A stretch of 64,000 nt of DNA from Atractiella rhizophila (taxonomy: Eukaryota): contig MU271223.1 in NCBI GenBank assembly GCA_021432655.1, positions 1 through 64,000 on the forward strand. The letters run 5' to 3'. The position numbers and the translations under genes are program-made. Positions 1-12,486 of this stretch are shown here, piece by piece (the stretch's first letter is position 1; each line of letters starts with the position of its first letter). A model generated the notes under the pieces. That model had not been told where the DNA came from and made no database searches. It was given only the letters and a program-made list of their open reading frames with translations.

Positions 1-2493
1 AAACGACATGAACGTATCATGAGTACCAGAAAACAAGGTAACAAGCGGTCATTCTTCCCAGTCACCTTGTTATCGCCATAAAGCGCGATAAATATACAAG
101 TCAACCTACAGATATCGGAATGCCTCTGGGTAATATTCTAGATAGACATGGGTCTCTCGGTCAAGCAGCACCGTTGGTCACGATTATCAGACGAAATCAA
201 CAAAGGCGAAAAGACGCCAGTACGTCTTCCTTCGATTTCTAAACGAATCGCTGAAATGTGGATACAGCATATCTTTCGGCTACCTAAAGAGCTTCTTTAT
301 CGGATATTCGAATTTGTGGAGGCAGGTTGCGCGCACACAGGCTTGCTTGCATTCAGCCTCGTATCGACCCGATGTCGCCAACTTGTGGCTCCTTTCATTT
401 TTTGCCACCTTCGCCTCACAATTCCCTCTGTTCAAGGGCAGGACCGTTCTCTTCTGTTGAGGCGTTTGACGGAATCATTTGACACTTTTCCCGTTAGATA
501 TAGAGGCAACATCCGGAATGTTCACATCACGCTTCCAACGGATTTCTTTTTTGATGTGCGAAATCAACTTTTTCACGACACCGACGGGGATTTTGTCGAA
601 ATCAACCATTTGTTGGAAGAGCTGAGGCTTCCTCTTGATCTCGAGGGAAAGAATATTCGACAGGTCGAATTCGAGCTCCTTCCTTCGGACAACCCGTTCC
701 ACCTCATCTCAAAGGAATTTCCTCAAGTCATATATACGTCAGGCTTCCTTTCACTCGCTCTGAACCCTGAAGAGGAGCCCGTTCATCTGATCCCATGGGA
801 AGGTTACTTTCACATTACATCGCTCGAACTGTCACTGGATGACGAAACCTGCATTCCCCTCTCCTTTTGGATTGGGTACATGCGCAACCTCACATCTCTA
901 ACACTGGCCAAGCCTTCAAACGGAAGAGTGCGATTTAATTTTCGAAGGTTCGTGACGAGGTGGACAACCCCCATGAATCTGCAACAACTTGTCCTCAAGT
1001 TCCCTCAAGCCACAATAGAGGGGGGAGCGCTTTTCACTTGTCTTCGGCAACTCAAAAAGACCTTGTTCGCTCTCCACCTCGAATGCGACCTCATCTGGAG
1101 AAGGGATCAAACCATGCTCCCGATTCTGCAGACATCAAATCTGCAAACCGTCACTTTCAACAACTTCCGCCTCCAAGCTAGCAAAGATGTGATATGGACC
1201 CTTTCTCTCTTTGAGAAGGCACCCATGCACACTATTGAATTCTCAACTGACATCTTCACCCCTCGTGGCATGGCTAAGATGTGGTTTGAGCGCATTTGTG
1301 CCCTCAGAAGGCTTGAGAAACTGAAACAACTGGCGGTTATCAATTTGCAAAGCCGAGAAGGAGTAAACTGGGACATCGATTTAGAACAGAGATTTGATGG
1401 AGAGGTTATGTCTGCGCTTTATGAACTTGAGCAGGGAGGCGTACAGTTCTTTGCCGTGTAAAATAGCTAAAGCTTTATATGCTTAAAGAAAGAAACAGTC
1501 CACCTAGGCCTATTGAGTATACCTTACCTCAAATGAAGATCACACTGGCTCAAATTACCACAAAGTTTCGGATGCACGAGACGATGACCATAACCCTTGT
1601 AAGGATTGCTGCTGTCTTGGCAAACAGACGTCTAACAAAGAAATGGAGTACAAGGGAAATAGAGCCCTTGTCCACTTGACTTAAAAGGCGAGATACCTTC
1701 AATTTGCTCCAAACGCCAATGAACGACAGATCATGATCAATGTGAAGAGCCGTCTCTGGGGAAGCTTCAAGTCTAAATGGAGGAATTATCGCAAAGTTTC
1801 GACTTTATCGTGTTCTCTCGAAAGTGCAGCATGCATTCAAGCCATTGTGAGAACTCCACTCTTTCCGAAGGAAAACAGATAAAACAAAACGACAGGTTCA
1901 GCAGCACTTCGCCTTCCTCTCTCTCCCTCTCGAGCTACAGAACAAAATAGTAGATCGCCTTATTGAGCCACTGACGCGAGCAGAAGATGCACGATACCCT
2001 ATTCTCCTTCCACTTAGCCTGACCTGCCGACAAATTCGCGCGATCGTGGCACCACTGCTGTTCCGAAAGGTTTCGCTCCACATCCCTGAACATCAGAGTG
2101 GGCGTCGAAGACTAATACGTTATGTCAGTTCCAGCATACCATCTTCCTTCACCCTCAACTGCTCAAAGTTCGTCAGCTTCGTGGAGCTCGAGTTACACCA
2201 AGCAGGGATCTATGAGTTACTGGGCTGCGATAGCTTTGAGAGTGGCGCAAATTGTGCAAGTTGCGAACTTGTCAAGAAGGTTTTAGGAATCCTTCATTGC
2301 CCCGCTGAGAATTTGAGGACAATGCGTCTCACAGTAAAGGTTGGGCACCGTGGGACGATTCAGTGGCAATATGTCAAGAAGGAAGCCTTTCCAGCCCTTG
2401 TCCCTCAAAATTCAAGGATGCGCTGCACTTCCATTTCGGACATCAAGGCGTGCGACTGCGAAACCACTTTGACGCTCGCCATGTGTCTTAAAG
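1..2493. repeat. Copy 1 (left-truncated by window edge) of a ~2.9-kb tandem segmental duplication
   Basis: Sequence from base 1 recurs from 2898 (offset 2897). Identity ends after ATGTGTCTTAAAG (2493 vs 5388). Confidence 0.95.
148..1461 (+). CDS. F-box-like protein with degenerate LRR-like C-terminus (gene A, copy 1)
   Basis: 437-aa intronless ORF. Motif IFRLPKELLYRIFEFV...LAFSLVSTRCRQLVAPFIF is F-box-like; LxxLxL stretches follow. True start may be the ATG at 256. Confidence 0.7.
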   Translation: MGLSVKQHRWSRLSDEINKGEKTPVRLPSISKRIAEMWIQHIFRLPKELLYRIFEFVEAGCAHTGLLAFSLVSTRCRQLVAPFIFCHLRLTIPSVQGQDRSLLLRRLTESFDTFPVRYRGNIRNVHITLPTDFFFDVRNQLFHDTDGDFVEINHLLEELRLPLDLEGKNIRQVEFELLPSDNPFHLISKEFPQVIYTSGFLSLALNPEEEPVHLIPWEGYFHITSLELSLDDETCIPLSFWIGYMRNLTSLTLAKPSNGRVRFNFRRFVTRWTTPMNLQQLVLKFPQATIEGGALFTCLRQLKKTLFALHLECDLIWRRDQTMLPILQTSNLQTVTFNNFRLQASKDVIWTLSLFEKAPMHTIEFSTDIFTPRGMAKMWFERICALRRLEKLKQLAVINLQSREGVNWDIDLEQRFDGEVMSALYELEQGGVQFFAV

Positions 2494-2504
2494 AGAAGGT
2501 GTGA
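1900..2504 (+). pseudogene. 3'-truncated copy of F-box-like gene B
   Basis: Nearly identical to the 5' part of the 4800-6008 gene up to ...LAMCLK, then crosses the duplication junction and stops after EKV. Confidence 0.8.
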
Positions 2505-2712
2505 TTGGATAGAAGAATACGTCGAAAAGGACGCGTCCTGTCGAGTTGAGGATTGCGGAGTACAACGACGATTTGGAGTGGGAAAGCGGAGACAGAGAAT
2601 TCGTCACGAGCCCCTGTAGAAAGATGCCAGAATCTGGACCTTGAATGCGTAAGAACGAGCGACTGGGAAGCACTGTCTGGTGCCAGCGACGAAGAAGTGA
2701 GGTCGCCCGCAT
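2488..2712 (-). pseudogene. IBA57: 5' fragment of IBA57/CAF17 (YgfZ-family, GcvT-like folate-binding, mitochondrial Fe-S assembly)
   Basis: MRATSLLRRWHQTVLPSRSFLRIQGPDSGIFLQGLVTN...YSAILNSTGRVLFDVFFYP resembles the YgfZ/Iba57 N-terminus. It ends in a TAA at the duplication junction. Confidence 0.8.
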
Positions 2713-5388
2713 TTTGCCTATTATCACACAAACCTAATCGAGGACTAAACATTACCACTTCTTTGTTCTCCTTGTTCCCCTCCGGTTCCGCTTCCAAGTT
2801 CACAATTGCTTTAGGTTCCCCTTGCATTACGTCAAAGTGTGCTGAAACAGACGCAAAAATGAGTGCTGAAACGCCTGGACAAAGATTCATTCGAAAGAAA
2901 CGACATGAACGTATCATGAGTACCAGAAAACAAGGTAACAAGCGGTCATTCTTCCCAGTCACCTTGTTATCGCCATAAAGCGCGATAAATATACAAGTCA
3001 ACCTACAGATATCGGAATGCCTCTGGGTAATACTCTAGATAGACATGGGTCTCTCGGTCAAGCAGCACCGTTGGTCACGATTATCAGACGAAATCAACAA
3101 AGGCGAAAAGACGCCAGTACGTCTTCCTTCGATTTCTAAACGAATCGCTGAAATGTGGATACAGCATATCTTTCGGCTACCTAAAGAGCTTCTTTATCGG
3201 ATATTCGAATTTGTGGAGGCAGGTTGCGCGCACACAGGCTTGCTAGCTTTCAGCCTCGTATCGGTTCGATGTCGCCAACTTGTGGCTCCTTTCATTTTTT
3301 GCCACCTTCGCCTCACAATTCCCTCTGTTCAAGGGCAGGACCGTTCTCTTCTGTTGAGGCGTTTGACGGAATCATTTGACACTTTTCCCGTTAGATATAG
3401 AGGCAACATCCGGAATGTTCACATCACGCTTCCAACGGATTTCTTTTTTGATGTGCGAAATCAACTTTTTCACGACACCGACGGGGATTTTGTCGAAATC
3501 AACCATTTGTTGGAAGAGCTGAGGCTTCCTCTTGATCTCGAGGGAAAGAATATTCGACAGGTCGAATTCGAGCTCCTTCCTTCGGACAACCCGTTCCACC
3601 TCATCTCAAAGGAATTTCCTCAAGTCATATATACGTCAGGCTTCCTTTCACTCGCTCTGAACCCTGAAGAGGAGCCCGTTCATCTGATCCCATGGGAAGG
3701 TTACTTTCACATTACATCGCTCGAACTGTCACTGGATGACGAAACCTGCATTCCGCTCTCCTTTTGGATTGGGTACATGCGCAACCTCACATCTCTAACA
3801 CTGGCCAAGCCTTCAAACGGAAGAGTGCGATTTAATTTTCGAAGGTTTGTGACGAGGTGGACAACCCCCATGAATCTGCAACAACTTGTCCTCAAGTTCC
3901 CTCAAGCCACAATAGAGGGGGGAGCGCTTTTCACTTGTCTTCGGCAACTCAAAAAGACCTTGTTCGCTCTCTATCTCGAATGCGACCTCATCTGGAGGAG
4001 GGATCAAACCATGCTCCCGATTCTGCAGACATCAAATCTGCAAACCGTCACTTTCAACAACTTTCGCCTCCAGGCTGGCAAAGATGTGATATGGACCCTT
4101 TCTCTCTTTGAGAAGGCACCGATGCACACCATTGAATTCTCAACTGACCTCTTCACCCCTCGTGGCATGGCTAAGATGTGGTTTGAGCGCATTTGTGCCC
4201 TCAGAAGGCTTGAGAAACTGAAACAGCTTGCGGTTATCAATTTGCAGAGTCGAGAAGGGGTAAACTACTGGGACATTGATTTAGAACAGAGATTTGATGG
4301 CGAGGTCATGTCTGCACTTTATGAGCTTGAACAGGGAGGCGTACAGTTCTTTGCCGTGTAAAATAGCTAAAGATTTATAAACTTGAAGAACGAAACTCAG
4401 TCCACCAATCGGGTACACCTTTCCCTCAAATGGAGATTACACTTCCTCAGGTTACCACAAAGTTTGATGCACGAGGTGACGACAATAACCCTTGTAACGA
4501 TTGCTGCTGTCTTGACAAACAGACGTCTAACAAAGAAATGGAATACAAGGGAAATAGAGCCCTTGTCCACTTGACTTAAAAGGCGTGTTGCCTTCAATTT
4601 CCTCAAAACGCCAATGAACGACAGATCATGATCAATGTTAAGAGCCGTCTCTGGAGAAGCTTCAAGTCTAAGTGGAGGAATTATCGCAAGGTTTCGACTT
4701 TATCGTGTTCTCTCGAAAGTGCAGCATGTATTCAAGCCATTGTGAGAACTCCACTCTTTCCGAAGGAAAACAGATAAAACAAAACGACAGGTTCAGCAGC
4801 ACTTCGCCTTCCTCTCTCTCCCTCTCGAGCTGCAGAACAAAATAGTAGATCACCTTATTGAGCCACTGACGCGAGCAGAAGATGCACGATACCCTATTCT
4901 CCTTCCACTTAGCCTGACCTGCCGACAAATTCGCGCGATCGTGGCACCACTGCTGTTCCGAAAGGTTTCGCTCCACATCCCTCAACATCAGAGTGGGCGT
5001 CGAAGACTAATACGTTATGTCAGTTCCAGCATACCATCTTCCTTCACCCTCAACTGCTCAAAGTTCGTCAGCTTCGTGGAGCTCGAGTTACACCAAGCAG
5101 GGATCTATGAGTTACTGGGCTGCGATAGCTTTGAGAGTGGCGCAAATTGTGCAAGTTGCGAACTTGTCAAGAAGGTTTTAGGAATCCTTCATTGCCCCGC
5201 TGAGAATTTGAGGACAATGCGTCTCACAGTAAAGGTTGGGCACCGTGGGACGATTCAGTGGCAATATGTCAAGAAGGAAGCCTTTCCAGCCCTTGTCCCT
5301 CAAAATTCAAGGATGCGCTGCACTTCCATTTCGGACATCAAGGCGTGCGACTGCGAAACCACTTTGACGCTCGCCATGTGTCTTAAAG
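2494..5388. repeat. Copy 2 of the ~2.9-kb tandem duplication
   Basis: Near-identical to 1-2493 over 2898-5388; the part after the gene A stop is more diverged. 2494-2897 is inferred to match sequence left of the window. Confidence 0.9.
3045..4361 (+). CDS. F-box-like protein (gene A, copy 2)
   Basis: 438-aa ORF, almost identical to 148-1461 (a few substitutions plus a one-codon insertion, NYW vs NW). Confidence 0.7.
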   Translation: MGLSVKQHRWSRLSDEINKGEKTPVRLPSISKRIAEMWIQHIFRLPKELLYRIFEFVEAGCAHTGLLAFSLVSVRCRQLVAPFIFCHLRLTIPSVQGQDRSLLLRRLTESFDTFPVRYRGNIRNVHITLPTDFFFDVRNQLFHDTDGDFVEINHLLEELRLPLDLEGKNIRQVEFELLPSDNPFHLISKEFPQVIYTSGFLSLALNPEEEPVHLIPWEGYFHITSLELSLDDETCIPLSFWIGYMRNLTSLTLAKPSNGRVRFNFRRFVTRWTTPMNLQQLVLKFPQATIEGGALFTCLRQLKKTLFALYLECDLIWRRDQTMLPILQTSNLQTVTFNNFRLQAGKDVIWTLSLFEKAPMHTIEFSTDLFTPRGMAKMWFERICALRRLEKLKQLAVINLQSREGVNYWDIDLEQRFDGEVMSALYELEQGGVQFFAV

Positions 5389-6008
5389 TCAGCAGTTTGA
5401 CGACTGAACCCAACGAGGAGCCCCAGCAAGACATCTTTTGGAGTCTCGCTAATCTCGCCTGTCTCTTCCCACGCAATGTGACCCATCTCAACATCGACCT
5501 CCCGTGTTCTCAAATCATAGACACCACCCTCATTTCTCTCCTCCGTCGCTACTCTACTTCCCTCCGCTCCCTCCAGCTCTCAGGACACTTCAGTCGATGG
5601 GGAATGGTGCCACTTTGCTCTCCACCGGTCATGGAAAGCTTAGAACAAGTCCGACTGGACATATTGACGTTGGCTCCACATATGCTGGGAATCACAGTGG
5701 CTATGTTTGCGAATGTCCAGCACCCATGGTCACTTGAGGTGGGAATGGATACGTTTCTGGAAATGAAGAAGGATTGGAAGTCATTTCGCCGATGGTTAAT
5801 GTATATGAGACGAAGGAGACGGTTGCAGACTCTGGAGAGGATCGAAGTAAGAATAGAGAAGAACCAATATGCTCAAGGCATAACACTCTTGAGAGCGTTC
5901 TCGAATACCACAGTAATGGAGACGAAATCGAAAGGAGATGACAGTATACGTGTTGTTTTGTGCCCCAGGACGAACTTGTACGGTAGAACGAACGTTGTGA
6001 AATACTGA
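4800..6008 (+). CDS. F-box-like protein (gene B, full copy); start codon/first exon unresolved
   Basis: The open frame upstream of the 4941 ORF reads FAFLSLPLELQNKIVDHL...LSLTCRQIRAIVAPLLFRKV (F-box-like). No in-frame ATG after the TGA at 4743, so a spliced 5' exon is likely. Confidence 0.6.
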   Translation, partial: HFAFLSLPLELQNKIVDHLIEPLTRAEDARYPILLPLSLTCRQIRAIVAPLLFRKVSLHIPQHQSGRRRLIRYVSSSIPSSFTLNCSKFVSFVELELHQAGIYELLGCDSFESGANCASCELVKKVLGILHCPAENLRTMRLTVKVGHRGTIQWQYVKKEAFPALVPQNSRMRCTSISDIKACDCETTLTLAMCLKVSSLTTEPNEEPQQDIFWSLANLACLFPRNVTHLNIDLPCSQIIDTTLISLLRRYSTSLRSLQLSGHFSRWGMVPLCSPPVMESLEQVRLDILTLAPHMLGITVAMFANVQHPWSLEVGMDTFLEMKKDWKSFRRWLMYMRRRRRLQTLERIEVRIEKNQYAQGITLLRAFSNTTVMETKSKGDDSIRVVLCPRTNLYGRTNVVKY

Positions 6009-6308
6009 TTTGTAGCTGAGAAATGGACAGACATTGGATGTGCTCCATTATGCATGCTGTTTCAATTCCTGCCAGGCAGGTTGAAGGGATACAACGAACA
6101 CACCATAGAAAATACGCACGCGAATATCTGCATGAAACATCTTAATGTTACTACCACAGAACCCCAGGGTAACATCAAATAGCTCACCGCTCTTGATGGT
6201 GGGTTGTAGTGAGTCACATCAAAGCCAACTCGATCACTGAAGATCTTCCATTTGAAGCTTTGTCAACTCGGAAGGGCTCACCACACACTGTTGCTGGCAA
6301 TTTATAAG

Positions 6309-7474
6309 ATGTCACCACCTATGAACCAGGCTGGAAGCTCAACATGCGTCCTTTCCACAGCTCTGAACACACCCACAAGCAACTTTCTTCGCGGTTCGTC
6401 CTTCGCATTTTCGTACCCCTAGCAGTCTACATTCTGGTCAAAGAATATCTGATAGAGCGATGGAATAGATAGATAAACGCGTGATACTCGCCTCTTCATC
6501 TCCCCGACGCAAAGAGATCCTATCCACTTTCGGTATCCAGCCGGAGATCGTCCCTTCAAAGTTCGACGAGGATTTGAAGAAGGAAGACTATGAGAATCCG
6601 ACATTGTACGTGGTTGCGACGGCGAGTGAGAAGGGTGTGGAGGTGTGGACGAGGCTAGTCGTGCGTCTTCATGTCTCATTCAGTCTTCTTGCTTTCCTTC
6701 AGGAATATTGTAAGGCCCAGCGGCTTCAAGGTGTTTACTTTACTACTTATTTACTTTTATCCGCAAATGAGAAATGGTATACTGATTCCTTCTCAATTGA
6801 TACATGCAGGAAGAGACGCCAGATAACCCACCTGATATTGTGATAAGTGGTAGGCTGGCCCTACCTCCTCCAGAACTTGTTCTCAAGATGACCCGTCCAT
6901 TGATGATCTATCTAGCGGATACCATAGTAGTGTCTCCTGAAGGCGACATCCTGGAAAAACCCGGAACAGCAAAGGAGTGCCTGAACATGTTACTTGATCT
7001 GAACGGCCAAAAGTGCTCCGTCATCACAGCAGTGACACTCAGTCTGTCCTCCTCTCCTCCCTCCCGCTTCTCCTCCAGTGTTGATGTCAGTGAATGCTGA
7101 CGTTGGCGTGGATCGTTGGTTGGTTTAGTATCCCCGATCCTCGAAACTCCAGGTTATAAGTTGCATTCCCTGACCTCTCAAACCGCCGTACACTTTTTGC
7201 AGAATCCTCTTTCCCTGCTCGAAGCATACGCCGCAGATGGAGAAGGTGTGGACCGCGCTGGAGGGTTTGCCATTCAGGGTCTGTCCGTCCCTGCCACTGT
7301 GTCAAATACCAGACGGATTGAATTATTGATTGATGGTTGGTGGATGTAGGCAAGGGAGGGATACTCATTGATCGCATCGAAGGGGATTATTGGAACGTGG
7401 TTGGGTTTCCAGGGGGGAGGTTTTGGAGTTGGTTGGCGCAGCTGATAGAGGAAGAAGAACTGGTCTGCGACTGA
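6309..7474 (+). CDS. Maf-family nucleoside triphosphate pyrophosphatase (multi-exon)
   Basis: Spliced product has KRVILASSSPRRKEIL, ADTIVV...ILEKP, GEGVDRAGGFAIQG and IEGDYWNVVGFP, all Maf signatures. Confidence 0.9.
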
Positions 7475-7873
7475 GGATCGATGTATGTTTATCAAATCGA
7501 GAGTGGGGAAGAGTGTACGATGAAATGATAGACAGGATCAATATTTCATACCGTGCGAAACTGCATAGCTACATGGAGAACAGGAACCATAGAGAACGCT
7601 CATCTCAAAGCCACCCTCCCGTCAAAGTCGTCAAGCGTGCGAGCGAAAAGACGAGCAGACGATAACGGACAACGAAGTTCCACGTACGAGGATCGCGTCG
7701 AGAGAGCATGAGATTCCGAGCAAGTGAGGAAGAATAAAGATGCCATCAGACCAGGAGACCAAAGAACGCTGGAGATTGGATCGCAGCCGTTGACGAGAGA
7801 GAGATTGAACCGTTGATGTAGGATGAGGACCGGACCTGATGTGTGGATGTGCAAGGGATGAAGGGAAAGGGTC

Positions 7874-9179
<1,306 letters not shown>

Positions 9180-9840
9180 GGTGTACTATTAGACTCGATT
9201 TATTAGATTGTTGACGTTTTCCTTGATTTCTTGGGGGTTGGGAGGGGCTGAAAAGGGCGTGGTTTCTGTCTGAGAGGAAAGGGAAGCAGCGGATGAAAGT
9301 GGCACGAAGGTCTTTTATAGGTGCTAGGTTACGAAGGTGACTCACTTCTTGCCTCCGCTTCCGCTTTATGACACCTTGCGCGCTCTTTGGCGCGTTCTTT
9401 TTGCTTCGCCCCTGAAAGCCGTCCTTGAGGGGTTGATGATGACAGCGACACGTGATGCAAAAATAGATGACGGTTGAAGAGTTGATGAATTCTTACTTCT
9501 TTCTAATTGTCATTGATTGTCAGCCTCCACCTCCACTTCCCCACGAATATAGTCCTGACAAGGTTTTCTCAGTAATTTCAAAGGATAATGCATTTGCAAA
9601 ATCGGCTTGGGAGCGCTTGAGCAGCCTCGGAAGTGCAAAAAAAATGAAGCATGGAAGAGAGTGGACCAAATGAATTGAACGCTAACGAAAAGGGTGCCGG
9701 ATGCTACGTCAGGTGCCATGGGGAGCCATTCAATGCAGCGAGGAATATAAAAGCTCGACGTCGATAAACTCGCCCTTTTTTTTCTTCGTGCTTTGCATTG
9801 CTTCGCACAGACCTAACTTAACGTTTTTCGACGAAAAGAG

Positions 9841-12352
9841 ATGTCAGACTTGAAGAAGCAGCCTTCGCTTTCGTCTCAGAAGTCGTCTGAGGACTTGAAG
9901 GGCGGCAAAACCGACCGCTTGGAGGAGCGAGAGAAGGACTACGAAGGTTTCGATGACGCTGAAGGAATCAGGGCGATCAAGGCGCTCAGCCCTGAAGAAA
10001 GGCTTATTCTGGAGAAGAAGTTGCTGTGGAAGGTGGACGTAAGGATGAGCCCACTGATTTTGATCTATATTCTCAGTCAGTGCCACCTTGAAATATGAAA
10101 CTGGCAGCTGACAAGTTGTGAGCGCAGATTACATGGATCGTAACAACGTCTCGTCAGTCCTCCTCAAGGTTTACTAGAACAAGGGGCTGACTTCCATTTG
10201 CATTACAGAGCAGCGCGTCTTCGAGGTTTTGAACAAACCCTTCACTTGAACGATACACAATATCAAACCATATTGTCCATTCTTTATGTCGGTACGTTTG
10301 TTTCTTATCTGAACCCAAAGAGCCGCTCTGACCTTGGTGACAGGTTACATCCTCATGCAGGTTCCGTCCAGTTAGTCGCGTTCATCTCTGCACTGTTCAA
10401 ATTGATATATCGCGTGCAGACTTGTTTTTGAACAAGATTGGAAAGCCATCCCTCTATCTTCCAGCGTAAGTCAACTCTCTTTCTCGTGTGTCACCTAATA
10501 ATTCCGTATTTTAGGGCCATGATCGGCTGGGGAGTAATCAGCTGTTTGACCGGTATCGTAAACGACTACAAGGGTGCTGTCCTCACCCGATTCTTCCTTG
10601 GTTTCGTGGAGGTGCGTCCACCTCTTGACAACGTTCCGCAACCCCCACTGATTGGATTTATGTCAGGCTGCATTCTTTCCTGGAGCTCTCTTCCTCCTCT
10701 CCAAATGGTACACAAAGAAGGAACTGGCATTGCGAACGGCCATCCTCTACACGGTTCTTATTCCATGAATTTATGCAGAACCGAGATGCTGATGAGGGGG
10801 AAAAGGGTAACTTGACCTCGAATGGTGAATTGCTTCAGTTGTTTCATGAAACGACTCTCTAAAACATTCTCCATAGCCGTCAACGGACTCATTGCTAGCG
10901 GTATTTTGTCCAACATGGAAGGAGTATTAGGACACGAAGCCTGGCGCTGGCTCTTCTACATCGAAGGTGCGCTTCCTTCCTCGATACTGGTCCAGAGCTG
11001 ATGAAAGCGGTAGGTGCCATCACCGTCTTCGTGGCCATTATCAGCGCTTTCATCCTCCCCGACTTCCCAGAAACCACGAGTTGGTTGACGCCTCAGGAAC
11101 GCCTCCTGGCTCAATTGCGAGTTGCAGAAGACGCTGGAGAGGCGGATCGAGATGTGGCCGCTGGATCCATGTGGAAAGGATTCAAGATGGGAATGAGCGA
11201 TTACAAGGTTCACATCCTCGCTTTCCTCCTGACTGCTCAGGTCGTGGGACTCAGTTTCAGTGAGTGCTTACACTCACGAGAATGGGAGGAGAATTAATTT
11301 ACAACTCTGATAGACGCTTTCTTCCCTACTTTGACGGCTACTTTGGGCTATAGCCGCAATATCACGTATGTTTGTTATTTAGAGGATACCTCATTGCTCA
11401 CGAGTGCTCAGCTTGCTCCTGTGTGCTCCGCCATGGGTCTTCTCTGCCATTGTCGTACGTCTGGTGTCGTTCCTTGGGAATGCCGTGAGCTGATTTATAT
11501 TCAGTCCTTCATCAACGCTTGGTTCGCATTTGCATTTACTACTTATTCCATCCTGATCAAGACACAGGCATTCAGATCGCACGGGAGAGAAGTTCTTCCA
11601 CATCATTGGGCCACTCATCGTTGGTTCGTGATGGATTATTCTCTCCCGCCGGTAAGACTAACTAGCTTCATACAGGTATTATTGGATGTATCATCGCCAT
11701 GAGTGAGTGTCACACAGTCTCTGTTAACTGCAATATCTGACACGTTTGTCCCAGCAACCCACAGCGTTGGCCCGCGATACTTTGCTCTCTTCCTCCTCGC
11801 CCAATCCTACGCCGGATTCATCGTCTTTTACTCATGGTGTTCATCGACCATTGCTCGTCCAACAACCAAGCGAGCTGTCGCTTTGGCTTTCATCAACGCC
11901 TTCTCGCAGCTCGGAAACATTGGTGCGTCTTCCTCCTATTCAATTTGCGATGTGCACTCATGCTCTCATGGCATTGCATTTTCAGCTGGATCGTACTGCT
12001 GGCCTGCCAAGTGGGGATTCTCGTATGAGAACTCTTTCGGAATCTGCATCAGCTGTTTCGGATTCGCGATGTATGCTCTTTCTCAGCCGTTCCCTACGCT
12101 CGACATCCGTCTGACTGTCGTCGTGTAGTATCGGCAGCTTCCTCTTCCGCCTCGAGCTCAAGCGCCTGAACAGAAAGTTGGATGGTGGACTTGGATCAGA
12201 GGTACACCAGGATGGAGTGGTAGCTGCCGCCAAGTGCGTCCTTTCCTTTTCGGTTTTTGAAGTCCTAATCGTGGATGGCGATGATCAGGCTCGAAGGCAT
12301 CCCGGTTGCGGATGCTCTGGCAGCGAGGAAAGGTTGGAGGTACATGATTTGA
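9841..12352 (+). CDS. MFS transporter, anion:cation symporter/allantoate permease (Dal5/Tna1-like) family, many micro-exons
   Basis: EKKLLWKVDVR...YMDRNNVS, RFFLGFVEAAFFPG...LSKWYTKKELALR, AWRWLFYIEG, ILPDFPET, KRAVALAFINAFSQLGNI, C-terminal GWRYMI*. Confidence 0.93.
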
Positions 12353-12486
12353 GGGGGAGAGGTCTTTCGATTTATTTGTTACGAACATACGAAATACGTT
12401 CCGAAATGTTCAATCGATGCACATATTTGCCACTGACTTGAACTGAAGGGACATAACAAATCCGAGATAATTTACAACAGCACTTC

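Noticed and set aside
2405..3001. 198-aa minus-strand ORF across the duplication junction
   Set aside because: Spans a promoter, an off-frame read of the IBA57 fragment and the antisense of gene B; not protein-like.
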